NCBI GenBank assembly: GCA_016795155.1
Contig: JAEUIE010000015.1
Coordinates: 163,178-227,177, forward strand
Length of the DNA: 64,000 bases
Direction: 5' to 3'
Origin: Planctomycetia bacterium
Lineage (GTDB): Bacteria > Planctomycetota > Planctomycetia > Gemmatales > HRBIN36
Each line of letters opens with the position of its first letter. Within the stretch, counting starts at the first letter, position 1. Position numbers and translations under genes: made by a program. Below, in pieces: positions 50,092 to 58,789 of this stretch. A model generated the notes under the pieces. The model had not been told where the DNA came from and did not search any database. It worked only from the letters and a program-made list of their open reading frames with translations.

Positions 50092-50746
50092 GTGAAGTTG
50101 TAATCCGCTGTCGCTGGGTTTCCAGATAGCTGCACCAGGCATCGATACCGGTGTTCTTCCAGGCAGATAATGTCAGTACAGTCAGGTCAGGTTGAATACG
50201 ATGAGCATCACGTTCTGCAGCCTCCACCGAAAAGGGAACATGAGGCAGTAGATCGCACTTACTGAGAACGAGCGCCTGACTGGTACGAAACATTTTCGGA
50301 TATTTGCCCGGCTTGTCGTCCCCCTCGGTAACGCTGAGTAGCACCACGCGATGGTGTTCACCAAGATCAAAAGACGCTGGGCAGACCAGGTTGCCAACGT
50401 TTTCGATGAAGAGAAAATCGTAAGGCTGAGCAGGCAACTTCAGCCAGCCTTGTTCAACCAGTGTAGTGTTCAAGTGGCACGCGCCTCCAGTCGTCAGTTG
50501 CTGGGTGGGGGCATAGCGCAACAGTCGTTCTGCATCACGTTCCGTGGCGATATCGCCAACCAGTACTGCCATGCGGAATCGGCCGTTCCAGTGTCGAGCC
50601 GTTGCTTCCAGCAGGCTCGTTTTGCCAGCACCGGGTGATGAAACGAGATGAACCACCAGCGTACCCTGATTGGTCCACGTCTGACGAAGCCCGTCTGCAT
50701 GCGCCTGCTGTTCGCTTAAAACAGGTTTGTCTACCAGAATCTTCAT
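50069..50746 (-). CDS. hypB: Hydrogenase nickel-incorporation GTPase HypB
   Basis: P-loop SSPGAGKTSLLE, ENVGNLVCP and LSKCDL. No His-rich N-terminus. Confidence 0.9.
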   Translation of the reverse strand: MKILVDKPVLSEQQAHADGLRQTWTNQGTLVVHLVSSPGAGKTSLLEATARHWNGRFRMAVLVGDIATERDAERLLRYAPTQQLTTGGACHLNTTLVEQGWLKLPAQPYDFLFIENVGNLVCPASFDLGEHHRVVLLSVTEGDDKPGKYPKMFRTSQALVLSKCDLLPHVPFSVEAAERDAHRIQPDLTVLTLSAWKNTGIDAWCSYLETQRQRITTSHATCRIS

Positions 50747-50764
50747 GAGCAGTCTTTCAAATCC

Positions 50765-51103
50765 TCATTCCATGAGTTTAACATAAAGCAGCTGAAACGC
50801 ATCACCCCCGGTAATCTGTACCGACGAAGACTGGCATGCCGGGCATTCCGAAGCAAATTTCTCCATGGCCCACTTATGTTCGCAGGATTTACAACGTGCT
50901 GTCACCAATCCTGTCTTCACAGTTAAATTCGCTTGTGGGTGCTGTGTTACAAATTCCCGAAATGCTTCATGTAATAACTCTGGCTCGACACCACTTAAGC
51001 TGCCCGCTTCAACAGCAATTTCCAGCACTGCAGCTCCCCCATATTCTTCCTGAATGGAGCTTACCTGCTTGAGGAGAGCCAGCATCAATGATCGTTCATG
51101 CAT
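50765..51103 (-). CDS. hypA: Hydrogenase nickel-insertion protein HypA
   Basis: Starts MHERSL. Zinc site CKSCEHKW...CPACQS. Confidence 0.85.
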   Translation of the reverse strand: MHERSLMLALLKQVSSIQEEYGGAAVLEIAVEAGSLSGVEPELLHEAFREFVTQHPQANLTVKTGLVTARCKSCEHKWAMEKFASECPACQSSSVQITGGDAFQLLYVKLME

Positions 51104-51557
51104 GGTCGAGTTCACTGGCCAGTTGACGCAGGATGTCAGGCAGCAGAGCAGTTATCTCTGAAGACAGAGGCTGGCCTGTTTCAAAGCTTTTCCCCTCAAT
51201 TCCCCAGATGACAACACGGCGAGGCAGCATTTCCAAACGATGAGCCAGTGACAGTGTGTCGGGCAGGCTGAGTTGATGGGTATTCATCGAACGCAGCGAC
51301 TTCACGCCGGGAATGATTCCTTCGAGAAATTGACCATGTGCCCCACACTGCCACCGATATACCTGGCCCGGTGTTCCACCACTCTGGCAAGCATCAAATA
51401 CATAGAGCTGATCAACACCATTCAGCCAGTGCAACAGGCCCGCAGGTATTGCCGCCTGTCGAAAGGGAAGGTCAGCCAATCGGCCCAGATCCTCCGCGAG
51501 TTTCCAGCCTACCTGGTCATCGCCATGATGGCTGCCCAGGCCAATCAATAAACGCAT
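51096..51557 (-). CDS. [NiFe]-hydrogenase maturation endopeptidase (HoxW/HycI/HybD family)
   Basis: MRLLIGLGSHHGDDQVGW fits the family's N-terminal GxxxxxDD(x)xG pattern. 153 aa. The start at 51557 lies 10 nt after the large-subunit stop. Confidence 0.75.
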   Translation of the reverse strand: MRLLIGLGSHHGDDQVGWKLAEDLGRLADLPFRQAAIPAGLLHWLNGVDQLYVFDACQSGGTPGQVYRWQCGAHGQFLEGIIPGVKSLRSMNTHQLSLPDTLSLAHRLEMLPRRVVIWGIEGKSFETGQPLSSEITALLPDILRQLASELDHA

Positions 51558-51567
51558 AGGCCTTTTT

Positions 51568-52863
51568 TCAGCCACGATCCACCGTAAGCTTGAGGAAATG
51601 CGTCGAGCAACTGATGCACGGATCATAACAGCGAATCAGCCGTTCGCATTCGCTGGCAACCTGAGCGTCTGCAAGATGTATCAGACGAGGTAGATATTCA
51701 CGAAGATCATCTTCCATCTGCCTTTGATTTTGTGAAGTGGGAGGAACGATCTTAGCAAAGGTGACCTTACCCTGTTCATCTACCTGATAACGGTGATAAA
51801 TCAGGCCCCGTGGCGCCTCGGTGGCTGCACAACCTTCCGCCTTCTGATAAGCTGCATTCTGGCGAGCAGGCGCAAATGGCCGATAGTTTTGGAGAATATC
51901 CAGTGCCTCCTCATAAGCATGCACCACCTCCAGACATCGGGCTATGATCGATTGGAAGGGGTTGTTGCAGGGCACAGTAAATCCCACTTCTGCTGCAACC
52001 TGTTGTGCCATTGGCGAGAGCATATCGAAGTTGAGATTCACCCGTGCCAACGGGCCGACATGGTAACAGGCTCGGGTTTGTTTGTATACAGAATGCAATG
52101 CGGTGCTGTGTTGCACCTGTTCCTCTTCAAACACGTTTTCATATTCATCAAAAGGCAGATTTAATCCTGTAGTAGAACAGATATTGCCTTCGTTCATTGG
52201 ATACTCATCTGGATGCACGAGCGCAACCATATCATACGGACGCGACATTTCTGGAATTGGAAATGCAGCGACCCACCGTGTCGCAGCCACTGCAGCCTCC
52301 AGCCCCCACTGGAAATCAGGAATCAGCCTGGCCAGTTCTTCACGCCGTGGAACTCGATAGAATCCGCCAACCGCCACATTGATCGGGTGGATGGCTCTGC
52401 CACCCAGTATTTCCAACAACTCGTTGCCATGCTTTTTCAGTCGCAACCCGCGTGTAACCTCCTGCGGAAACCGTTCAGCCAGTTGAATGCCGCTGGTGCA
52501 GCCGAAATAGTCAGGTGCATGCAGCAAATGCACGTGCAACACATGGCTTTCGATCCATTCGCCACAGTATAACAGCCTGCGCAGTTGCCTGATTTCGTGT
52601 GGAACTGTGATAGACAACGCGTTCTCCATGGCATGCACTGCCGTCATCTGGTAGGCAATCGGGCAGATCCCGCAGATACGGGCCACCACATCGGGTACTT
52701 CGTTCAGTGGCCTGCCTCGAAGAAATGCTTCAAAGAATCGTGGAGGTTCATAGATAGCCAGTTGAAGATCTTCAATCACATTGCCCTTGAGCCGTATGTG
52801 CAACCCCCCTTCCCCTTCGACACGGGTAAGTGCATTGACTTGAATGGTTCTCGATGGTGTCAT
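51568..52863 (-). CDS. hyhL: Group 3b [NiFe]-hydrogenase large (alpha) subunit
   Basis: N-terminal Ni-binding RICGICP and C-terminal DPCISCSTH followed by a 9-residue tail (FLKLTVDRG). 431 aa. The beta-gamma-delta-alpha gene order matches Pyrococcus sulfhydrogenase. Confidence 0.88.
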   Translation of the reverse strand: MTPSRTIQVNALTRVEGEGGLHIRLKGNVIEDLQLAIYEPPRFFEAFLRGRPLNEVPDVVARICGICPIAYQMTAVHAMENALSITVPHEIRQLRRLLYCGEWIESHVLHVHLLHAPDYFGCTSGIQLAERFPQEVTRGLRLKKHGNELLEILGGRAIHPINVAVGGFYRVPRREELARLIPDFQWGLEAAVAATRWVAAFPIPEMSRPYDMVALVHPDEYPMNEGNICSTTGLNLPFDEYENVFEEEQVQHSTALHSVYKQTRACYHVGPLARVNLNFDMLSPMAQQVAAEVGFTVPCNNPFQSIIARCLEVVHAYEEALDILQNYRPFAPARQNAAYQKAEGCAATEAPRGLIYHRYQVDEQGKVTFAKIVPPTSQNQRQMEDDLREYLPRLIHLADAQVASECERLIRCYDPCISCSTHFLKLTVDRG

Positions 52864-53672
52864 GTGCCTGTCATCGGTAGTGGGAATTTGCCATCTAATC
52901 TGCTGCTGATGTCCCGAAACTCCGGAGCATGGGCATTGTAGTTGCGTAACAATGGGATGAGGCTATCGCCTGTGATGCCTTGCGATCGATAGTGTTGAAT
53001 CAGGCTTCGGGCATTAGCCTGATAAGCAGGGCCAAAACAGGTGTAGCAGCCTCGATCATACGCAGGGCAGATGGCCCCGCATCCTGCCTGTGTCAACGGC
53101 CCCAGGCAGGGAACTCCGCGGGCAACAGCAATGCAGACCGTTCCACGCAGCTTGCATTCCACGCAGACGCCGTAAGCAGGCAGCCTGGGTTTGCTGCCTG
53201 CCAGCAAGCTGCGAATGACATCGAGCAATTGATGCCGATTGATCGGACAGCCACGCAGTTCATATTCCACTTTGACATGATCAGCAATGGCAGTGGAGCT
53301 TGCCAGGCTGGAGATGTAATCAGGCCTGGCGTAGACTGCCTTGAGAAACTCCTGGTGATCGCCCCAGTTCCGCAGAGCCTGAATACCTCCCGAAGTGGCA
53401 CAGGCTCCAATGGTGATAAGAATCTTCGATTGCCTGCGAATCTCCTGAATGCGCTGCTGATCATGTGGCGTGGTGATGGAACCCTCTACCAGAGTAATAT
53501 CGTAAGGTCCCTTGACAATGGTACTGCTGGCCTCAAGAAAGTAAGCAATCTCCACCAGTCCGGCGACTGTCAAAAGCTCATCTTCACAGTCAAGGAGCGA
53601 CAATTGGCAACCATCGCAGGACGCGAATTTGAAGACAGCCAGTTTGAGTTTGGATTCAGCCAGGTGGCTCAT
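52860..53672 (-). CDS. hyhS: Group 3b [NiFe]-hydrogenase small (delta) subunit
   Basis: [15 protein letters not shown] and further Cys clusters ([17 protein letters not shown]). 4-nt ATGA overlap with the alpha gene. Confidence 0.85.
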   Translation of the reverse strand: MSHLAESKLKLAVFKFASCDGCQLSLLDCEDELLTVAGLVEIAYFLEASSTIVKGPYDITLVEGSITTPHDQQRIQEIRRQSKILITIGACATSGGIQALRNWGDHQEFLKAVYARPDYISSLASSTAIADHVKVEYELRGCPINRHQLLDVIRSLLAGSKPRLPAYGVCVECKLRGTVCIAVARGVPCLGPLTQAGCGAICPAYDRGCYTCFGPAYQANARSLIQHYRSQGITGDSLIPLLRNYNAHAPEFRDISSRLDGKFPLPMTGT

Positions 53673-54502
53673 CAGAGCCCCTCCACGGCCATCAGCGGCC
53701 TGATGTGATCATATCGGAAAACAGGACCATCCTTGCAGACAAAAGTTCCTCCAAGCTGACAATGACCACAATGACCGATGGCACAATTCATATGTCTTTC
53801 GAGTGAAAGCCAGATCTGGCCTTCCGGTATGCTCTTCGACATAGCCGCCTTGGCGACAAAATGCATCATGACTTCCGGGCCACAGGTCATCAGGACAGTT
53901 TCCGCAGGGTCTGTCACCGCCAGCCTGTCCAGTAATTGAGTGATCACCCCCACTTGTCCGTTCCAATATTCATCAGCCCGATCAACTATAACTTCAACTT
54001 GAATGCCTTGATTTCTCCAGTTGTCATATTCACGGCCATAGAGCAAGCCTGCCGGGCTACGAGCACCATGCAAGATCGTCAACTTGCCAAAACGTTGGGG
54101 TTCCTGCAGCACGGCATGAATGACTGGCCGCACCGGTGCCAGTCCAATTCCACCCGCAACCACGATAATATCTTTGCCATGGCACTGATCCATAGGCCAG
54201 GCAGTGCCGAATGGTCCACGCATACCAATGGACATGCCAGGCTTTAACTGTGTAATGGCATGCGTTACATTGCCTGCTTCCCGAATCGTATGATGCAGCA
54301 CCGGGCCGGTCATCCCACTGAGAGAAATAGCTGCCTCGCCAACACCGGGCACATACAGCATATTGAACTGCCCGGGTGCATAGGTGAAGGGATGCTGTAC
54401 TCCATCCAGCACAAAATCAAATGTGCTGACACCAGTTATCTCTTCATGGACTCTGACCAGCCTGGCAGGTGCAGGCTGCCAGGGATTGCCGGAATGTATC
54501 AT
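53672..54502 (-). CDS. hyhG: Group 3b hydrogenase gamma subunit (FAD/NAD(P)-binding, 2Fe-2S; PyrK-like)
   Basis: Ferredoxin-reductase-type fold ([15 protein letters not shown]) and a C-terminal cluster [24 protein letters not shown] prefer the start at MIHSGNPW (54502), which forms an ATGA overlap with the beta stop. Confidence 0.85.
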   Translation of the reverse strand: MIHSGNPWQPAPARLVRVHEEITGVSTFDFVLDGVQHPFTYAPGQFNMLYVPGVGEAAISLSGMTGPVLHHTIREAGNVTHAITQLKPGMSIGMRGPFGTAWPMDQCHGKDIIVVAGGIGLAPVRPVIHAVLQEPQRFGKLTILHGARSPAGLLYGREYDNWRNQGIQVEVIVDRADEYWNGQVGVITQLLDRLAVTDPAETVLMTCGPEVMMHFVAKAAMSKSIPEGQIWLSLERHMNCAIGHCGHCQLGGTFVCKDGPVFRYDHIRPLMAVEGL

Positions 54503-55635
54503 GTCGAATTGCCCCCCGTTGCGACATGCAGCATGGGCAGTGAAATCGACTTGCGAATAGCGGTAACCTCTTCGGTAATATCGATTCCTACCGGGCACCA
54601 GGTGATACATCTGCCACAGCCAACGCAGCCCGATGTGCCAAACTGGTCATGCCAGCTTGCCAGCTTATGTGTCATCCACTGACGGTAACGGTCGTGAATC
54701 GTTTTCCGTACCGTTCCACCGTTGGTATAGCTCAAATCGGTATTGAAACAGGAATCCCAGCGTCGGACACGGTCCACTTGCTCGGACTGAAGATCGGTCA
54801 CTTCCGAGACAGTTGAACAGAAACACGTTGGGCAGACCATCGTGCAGTTGGCACAGGATAAACATCGCTGAGCGACAAGTTCCCATCGTGGATGATTCAG
54901 GTTATTCAGGAGTATATCGCGTATACCATCGGTATCCATTTGCTTGCTGATCTGACGTTCCGCCTGTGCTCTGGCTTCTTCCCCTTGCCTTAACTGTTCC
55001 GCGGTAGCCTCGTATGAGTGGAGTTGTTTCGCAATGGTTTCACCCAATGTGGTTCCCACTTCAACAATGAAGCCATCGCTGAGTTCCGTAAGGCCCAAAT
55101 CGAAACCGGAGGTGCAACGTGGCCCCGTGTTCATCGAGGTGCAGAAACAGGTGGATGCAGCCTGGGTGCAGTTGACAGCAATCAGGAATAGATTCTCCCG
55201 CTGGGCCTGGTAATATGGATCGACATAGGGGCCATGCAGAAAAACGCGATCCTGCACAGCCAGCGCTGCCAATTCGCAAGCGCGCATGCCCAGCAAGGCG
55301 AGTTTCTGCACAACTGGCTCAGGTGTTTCCATTTTCCAGCCTAGTTGCACTCTGATAGCTGTGCCCACTTTGATGCTTGGTGGAAACAGGTATTTCTTCC
55401 AGGAATGCGGGCCTACCACAAACCCGAAATATTGATCATCTTCCCGTTTCTTCAGCCTGTAGTGGCCTGGCTGTTGTTCATCCGTCCAGCCTCGAGGCAA
55501 CTCGCCAACACTTTGTAGGGCATCATAGACAATGGCATCCTGGCTGAGGGTGGGGCCAACGACCTGATAACCCTGTACGATCAGCAGATCGATCAGCGAC
55601 TGAAGTTCAGCATTGGCGAGGAACTGTGGTTTCAT
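54499..55635 (-). CDS. hyhB: Group 3b hydrogenase beta subunit (4Fe-4S dicluster protein, AsrA/HydB-like)
   Basis: 378 aa. CxxCxxC-type clusters (CLSCANCTMVCPTCFC, CVGCGRCITWCP). Confidence 0.85.
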   Translation of the reverse strand: MKPQFLANAELQSLIDLLIVQGYQVVGPTLSQDAIVYDALQSVGELPRGWTDEQQPGHYRLKKREDDQYFGFVVGPHSWKKYLFPPSIKVGTAIRVQLGWKMETPEPVVQKLALLGMRACELAALAVQDRVFLHGPYVDPYYQAQRENLFLIAVNCTQAASTCFCTSMNTGPRCTSGFDLGLTELSDGFIVEVGTTLGETIAKQLHSYEATAEQLRQGEEARAQAERQISKQMDTDGIRDILLNNLNHPRWELVAQRCLSCANCTMVCPTCFCSTVSEVTDLQSEQVDRVRRWDSCFNTDLSYTNGGTVRKTIHDRYRQWMTHKLASWHDQFGTSGCVGCGRCITWCPVGIDITEEVTAIRKSISLPMLHVATGGNST

Positions 55636-56111
55636 CAGTGAACTTGAACTACGGGTTCATTCTCAGCATACATATCGAGCAGTTGCAGGCGGGTAGCAGT
55701 CAGTCGCCTCGATAGTGCCTGTGCGATACGCTGCATCATGAGGAAGCCGATTTCGTGATCTGCCTGGCACAGTGCCAGAAACTTCTCTGCTGGCCAGGCG
55801 ATTAACGTGGCGGGCACGATGGTGACAGCAGAAGTAGTCATTACACCATTTCCTAAAAGAGCTGACCATGCCAGTATTTCTCCCGGACCAACGCTCAGCA
55901 CCCGTTTCAGTCCACGCCGCGGGATGTGGATATCCAGAGCCACAGTTCCTTCCACCACCAGATAAAAGGTATGGTGACTCATATTCTCCTGAAACAAAGT
56001 TGTTGAAGAGGCATAATGCTGCACCACTGCCGAGGCTGCAAGCCGATGCAGATGATGATCGGACATCCCCTCCAGTAATGGAACTGTTCGTAAAGTTGCA
56101 GAAATGTCCAT
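55635..56111 (-). CDS. Stand-alone cyclic-nucleotide-binding-fold (CNB) protein without DNA-binding domain
   Basis: 158 aa. LLEGMSDHHLHRLAA...FYLVVEGTVAL...VGPGEILAWSALLG fits the CNB beta-roll. The phosphate-binding-cassette Arg is not evident (MTTSAV where R[ST]A is expected). TGATG overlap with the hydrogenase beta gene. Confidence 0.7.
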   Translation of the reverse strand: MDISATLRTVPLLEGMSDHHLHRLAASAVVQHYASSTTLFQENMSHHTFYLVVEGTVALDIHIPRRGLKRVLSVGPGEILAWSALLGNGVMTTSAVTIVPATLIAWPAEKFLALCQADHEIGFLMMQRIAQALSRRLTATRLQLLDMYAENEPVVQVH

Positions 56112-56355
56112 AAGGCAAACGAGACCAGCAGGAATAAAGAATCAGGATGCCATTGTGATGAATTTGGGTGCAACTTGCAAGAAGGAACACTTGAGTACTG
56201 GTAAGCGATCAGTCGTAGTATGCAGGAGTCTTCACCATAAAACTGATGCCATTGCTGCTTCAGCCTCGCGTTTTTGCCTATCGCTTCAGACTGGCCTTGC
56301 ACCCTTGTTGATTCCTGCTATGGTGCCGAACCATCGTATTGCGAGGGGGCGGATC

Positions 56356-56535
56356 ATGTCTGGAATTCGATGGCTGTTGAGTTCAGTGCTGTTCCTCTTG
56401 GCAACGGGAAGTTCTGGGTGTTACGTCACCGATTGGCGCTGGATCTGGGAGGATGACGATGACTATCACTGTGAAAAAGTCCAGGTGCAGATGCCGGGTA
56501 GTACTATGGCTGTCTCTGTTCCTGCTCAGCGTTAG
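56356..56535 (+). CDS. Possible small lipoprotein (59 aa); doubtful
   Basis: ATG at 56356 with GAGGGGG upstream. MSGIRWLLSSVLFLLATGSSGC is a good lipoprotein signal. The last 80 nt overlap the next gene out of frame. Confidence 0.3.
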   Translation: MSGIRWLLSSVLFLLATGSSGCYVTDWRWIWEDDDDYHCEKVQVQMPGSTMAVSVPAQR

Positions 56536-57055
56536 TCTTAGCGGATGCATGCTGGCTGCTGCGGGTGCCGTAGCTGGAGCCGGAGCGTATGCCTATTACC
56601 AGGGCAATTATTCGCAGATGCACGCCGCAGAATTCGGCAGAACCTGGCAGGCTGCCAAGTCAGCGCTCAGCGATCTGGCTTTGCCGGTGATCAGTGAACA
56701 TCATGAAGGGCTGAAAGGCACCATCAAATCAAGCCTGCCAGATGGCACCAGCATCAGCATCGATCTGGAAGAGCAGCCTCGTATCATGGCAAGCGACAGC
56801 CATCAGACCGAAGTGAACGTACGCGTTGGTACCTTTGGCGATCAAGCACAAAGCCAGAAGATTCAGCAGCAGATTCAGTCACACATTGTTGGCCAGAATG
56901 TCACAGCTCCACCAGCCAATCGTTTGCCTCCATTGAATTCAACAGTGGCTCCGCCGCCACCTGCGACGAGCACCTCAAATGCCACGCCACCACCTGCGAC
57001 AGGCCCCCAATGGAAGCCTGCTACCGCAACTGGTTCACAAACACTGCCACCCTAA
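56453..57055 (+). CDS. DUF3568-like lipoprotein with Pro-rich C-terminal tail
   Basis: Lipobox SVSLSGC, then AGAGAYAYYQGNYSQ...WQAAKSALSDL...GTIKSSLPDGTSISIDLEE...VNVRVGTFGD. This matches my memory of the DUF3568 pattern. The tail reads APPPPATSTSNATPPPATG. Confidence 0.6.
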   Translation: MTMTITVKKSRCRCRVVLWLSLFLLSVSLSGCMLAAAGAVAGAGAYAYYQGNYSQMHAAEFGRTWQAAKSALSDLALPVISEHHEGLKGTIKSSLPDGTSISIDLEEQPRIMASDSHQTEVNVRVGTFGDQAQSQKIQQQIQSHIVGQNVTAPPANRLPPLNSTVAPPPPATSTSNATPPPATGPQWKPATATGSQTLPP

Positions 57056-57090
57056 GCTTCATGAAGCATCTTACTGCTTCTATGAAAAGG

Positions 57091-57119
57091 GTGGCATTCC
57101 TGCATTGGCAGGATGCCAC
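57091..57119 (+). terminator. Hairpin downstream of the DUF3568-like gene
   Basis: gtggcat(t)cctgc / attg / gcaggatgccac forms a 12-bp stem with one bulge, 36 nt after the stop. The T-tract is poor. Confidence 0.4.
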
Positions 57120-57475
57120 ATCAATGATTTCTTGAAGTAATACAATTTGTCTCTCTCGTTACGGACCAGACCAGTTCATGGACTCGGTCCATTGGTTTCG
57201 CTGCCCAGGATTCGAGGCCTTCGTTTCTTATACTTAATGGACGTTGCCAGGGTGCGGTCAAGTATCAGAGCTCCAACCATTCACCAATTCCTGGATCATT
57301 TATCAAACTGCATGATAATATTACTCTCACCCTTCACACCATCACCGCAAAATTATCGAATCGCAACGTCTCGTCCCACCACTTCATTCACCAATCATTC
57401 ATACTCTGCAATCAACTTGGTTACTGCGAAGCCTCTGCTTACAATGATGGTATCATCAAGCATTGGAGATCTGAA

Positions 57476-58753
57476 TTGAGCCCATCAAAACTGATTCGAT
57501 TCCTCCTCCTGCTGGCACCGGGCATCTTCACTCTCTCCACCGGCTGCCAGAAAGAACGACAAGCACCTCCCCAGCCGCCTCCCCCTGTTGTTTCTGTTTC
57601 CCAACCCGTTCTGCAGAACGTGCAGATGTACAACGAATATAACGGCAACCTCGAAGCGGTGGAATCGGTCCAGATCACTGCTCGCGTCAAAGGGTTTCTT
57701 AACGAAATACTGTTCAAGGAAGGCGACGAAGTTCAGAAAGACAGTCTGCTCTTTCAGATTGATCCGCGAGAGTACGTTGCCGCTGTCAAGAGAGCCGAAG
57801 CAGACAGGCAGAAGGCCGAAACCGAATTGAAACGAGCAGTCAAGGAAGAAGAACGCGTGGCAAAACTTCGGACAACAGGCGCTGTCAGCGAAGAGGAGTT
57901 TGAACAGCGTGTTGCAGCCAAGGATGCTGCCCAGGCAACACTGAGACAGACCGAGGCAGCAAAGGAAGCCAGTCAACTGCAATTGGATTTCACCGAAATA
58001 CGAGCACCTATTAAAGGGCAGATCAGCCGAACCCAAGTCACCCGCGGTAACCTCGTTGGACAGAATGACAACACCATGCTGACCACCATCGTCAGCATGG
58101 ATCCACTCTATGTCTATTTCGACATTCCCGAACGCGATCTCGTCGAATATCAGCGGGCATTGCAGGCTGGCCAGCAGGCCGAAGTGCTGAGCAGAAAGCT
58201 GCCTCTGGATATTGGCGTCGCCACAGAACAGGGTTTCCCGCATCCTGGGTTCATCGACTTCCGTGAGAACCGCGTCGATTCAGGCACCGGCACGGTCCGC
58301 ATTCGCGGTCGGGTTGACAATCCTCGCGTTCCGCCTGGCAACGCTCGTCTTCTGTATCCAGGGTTGTTTGCCCGTGTCCGCGTGCCTTTTGGAGATGCCC
58401 GATCCATCCCGGTGATTCCCGAAGATGCACTCATGACCGGCCAGGAAGGTCGTTATGTCTATGTGCTGGGCGAGGGCAATGTGGTTCAGAAGCGAACGGT
58501 CACCATCGGCCCAGCCATCTGGAAATCTGCCCTTCCGAAAAAAGATGATCCACTCGGCTGGACGCTCGAAGCTGCACAGCCGAATCCTGAAAAGAAAGAG
58601 GCGAAACCTGTCTCTGTCACATCGGTCATCTCCATCACCAGTGGTTTGTCTCCTGAAGACAAGGTAGTGATCAACGGCTTGACCAAAGCAAGACCCGGCT
58701 TACCCGTCACTCCAGAAATGCAGGTATTGAAACCGCCACCTAAGGCGAAGTAA
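57476..58753 (+). CDS. RND efflux periplasmic adaptor (membrane fusion protein) lipoprotein
   Basis: TTG start with GGAG 7 nt upstream. Lipobox LSTGC. Coiled-coil hairpin and barrel motifs (YNEYNGNLEAVESVQITARV, FTEIRAPIKGQIS). Confidence 0.88.
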   Translation: MSPSKLIRFLLLLAPGIFTLSTGCQKERQAPPQPPPPVVSVSQPVLQNVQMYNEYNGNLEAVESVQITARVKGFLNEILFKEGDEVQKDSLLFQIDPREYVAAVKRAEADRQKAETELKRAVKEEERVAKLRTTGAVSEEEFEQRVAAKDAAQATLRQTEAAKEASQLQLDFTEIRAPIKGQISRTQVTRGNLVGQNDNTMLTTIVSMDPLYVYFDIPERDLVEYQRALQAGQQAEVLSRKLPLDIGVATEQGFPHPGFIDFRENRVDSGTGTVRIRGRVDNPRVPPGNARLLYPGLFARVRVPFGDARSIPVIPEDALMTGQEGRYVYVLGEGNVVQKRTVTIGPAIWKSALPKKDDPLGWTLEAAQPNPEKKEAKPVSVTSVISITSGLSPEDKVVINGLTKARPGLPVTPEMQVLKPPPKAK

Positions 58754-58789
58754 TCGTTCGTTTCATTCCCTAGCATTCAGGATTCATCT

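Noticed and set aside
43207-53708. Long antisense ORFs opposite ppsA (43207-43824, 43757-44212), hypE (45534-46241), hypD (46821-47327) and the hydrogenase small subunit (52980-53708)
   Set aside because: Each is nested antisense to a gene with canonical motifs. No motifs, start context or independent spacing support them.
57147-57479. 110-aa plus-strand ORF in the region upstream of the RND operon
   Set aside because: It has a TTG start with no SD. Its S/L/R/T/P-rich composition mirrors the C-rich, G-poor DNA, and it runs into the adaptor start. I treat the region as non-coding (see the finding on this region).
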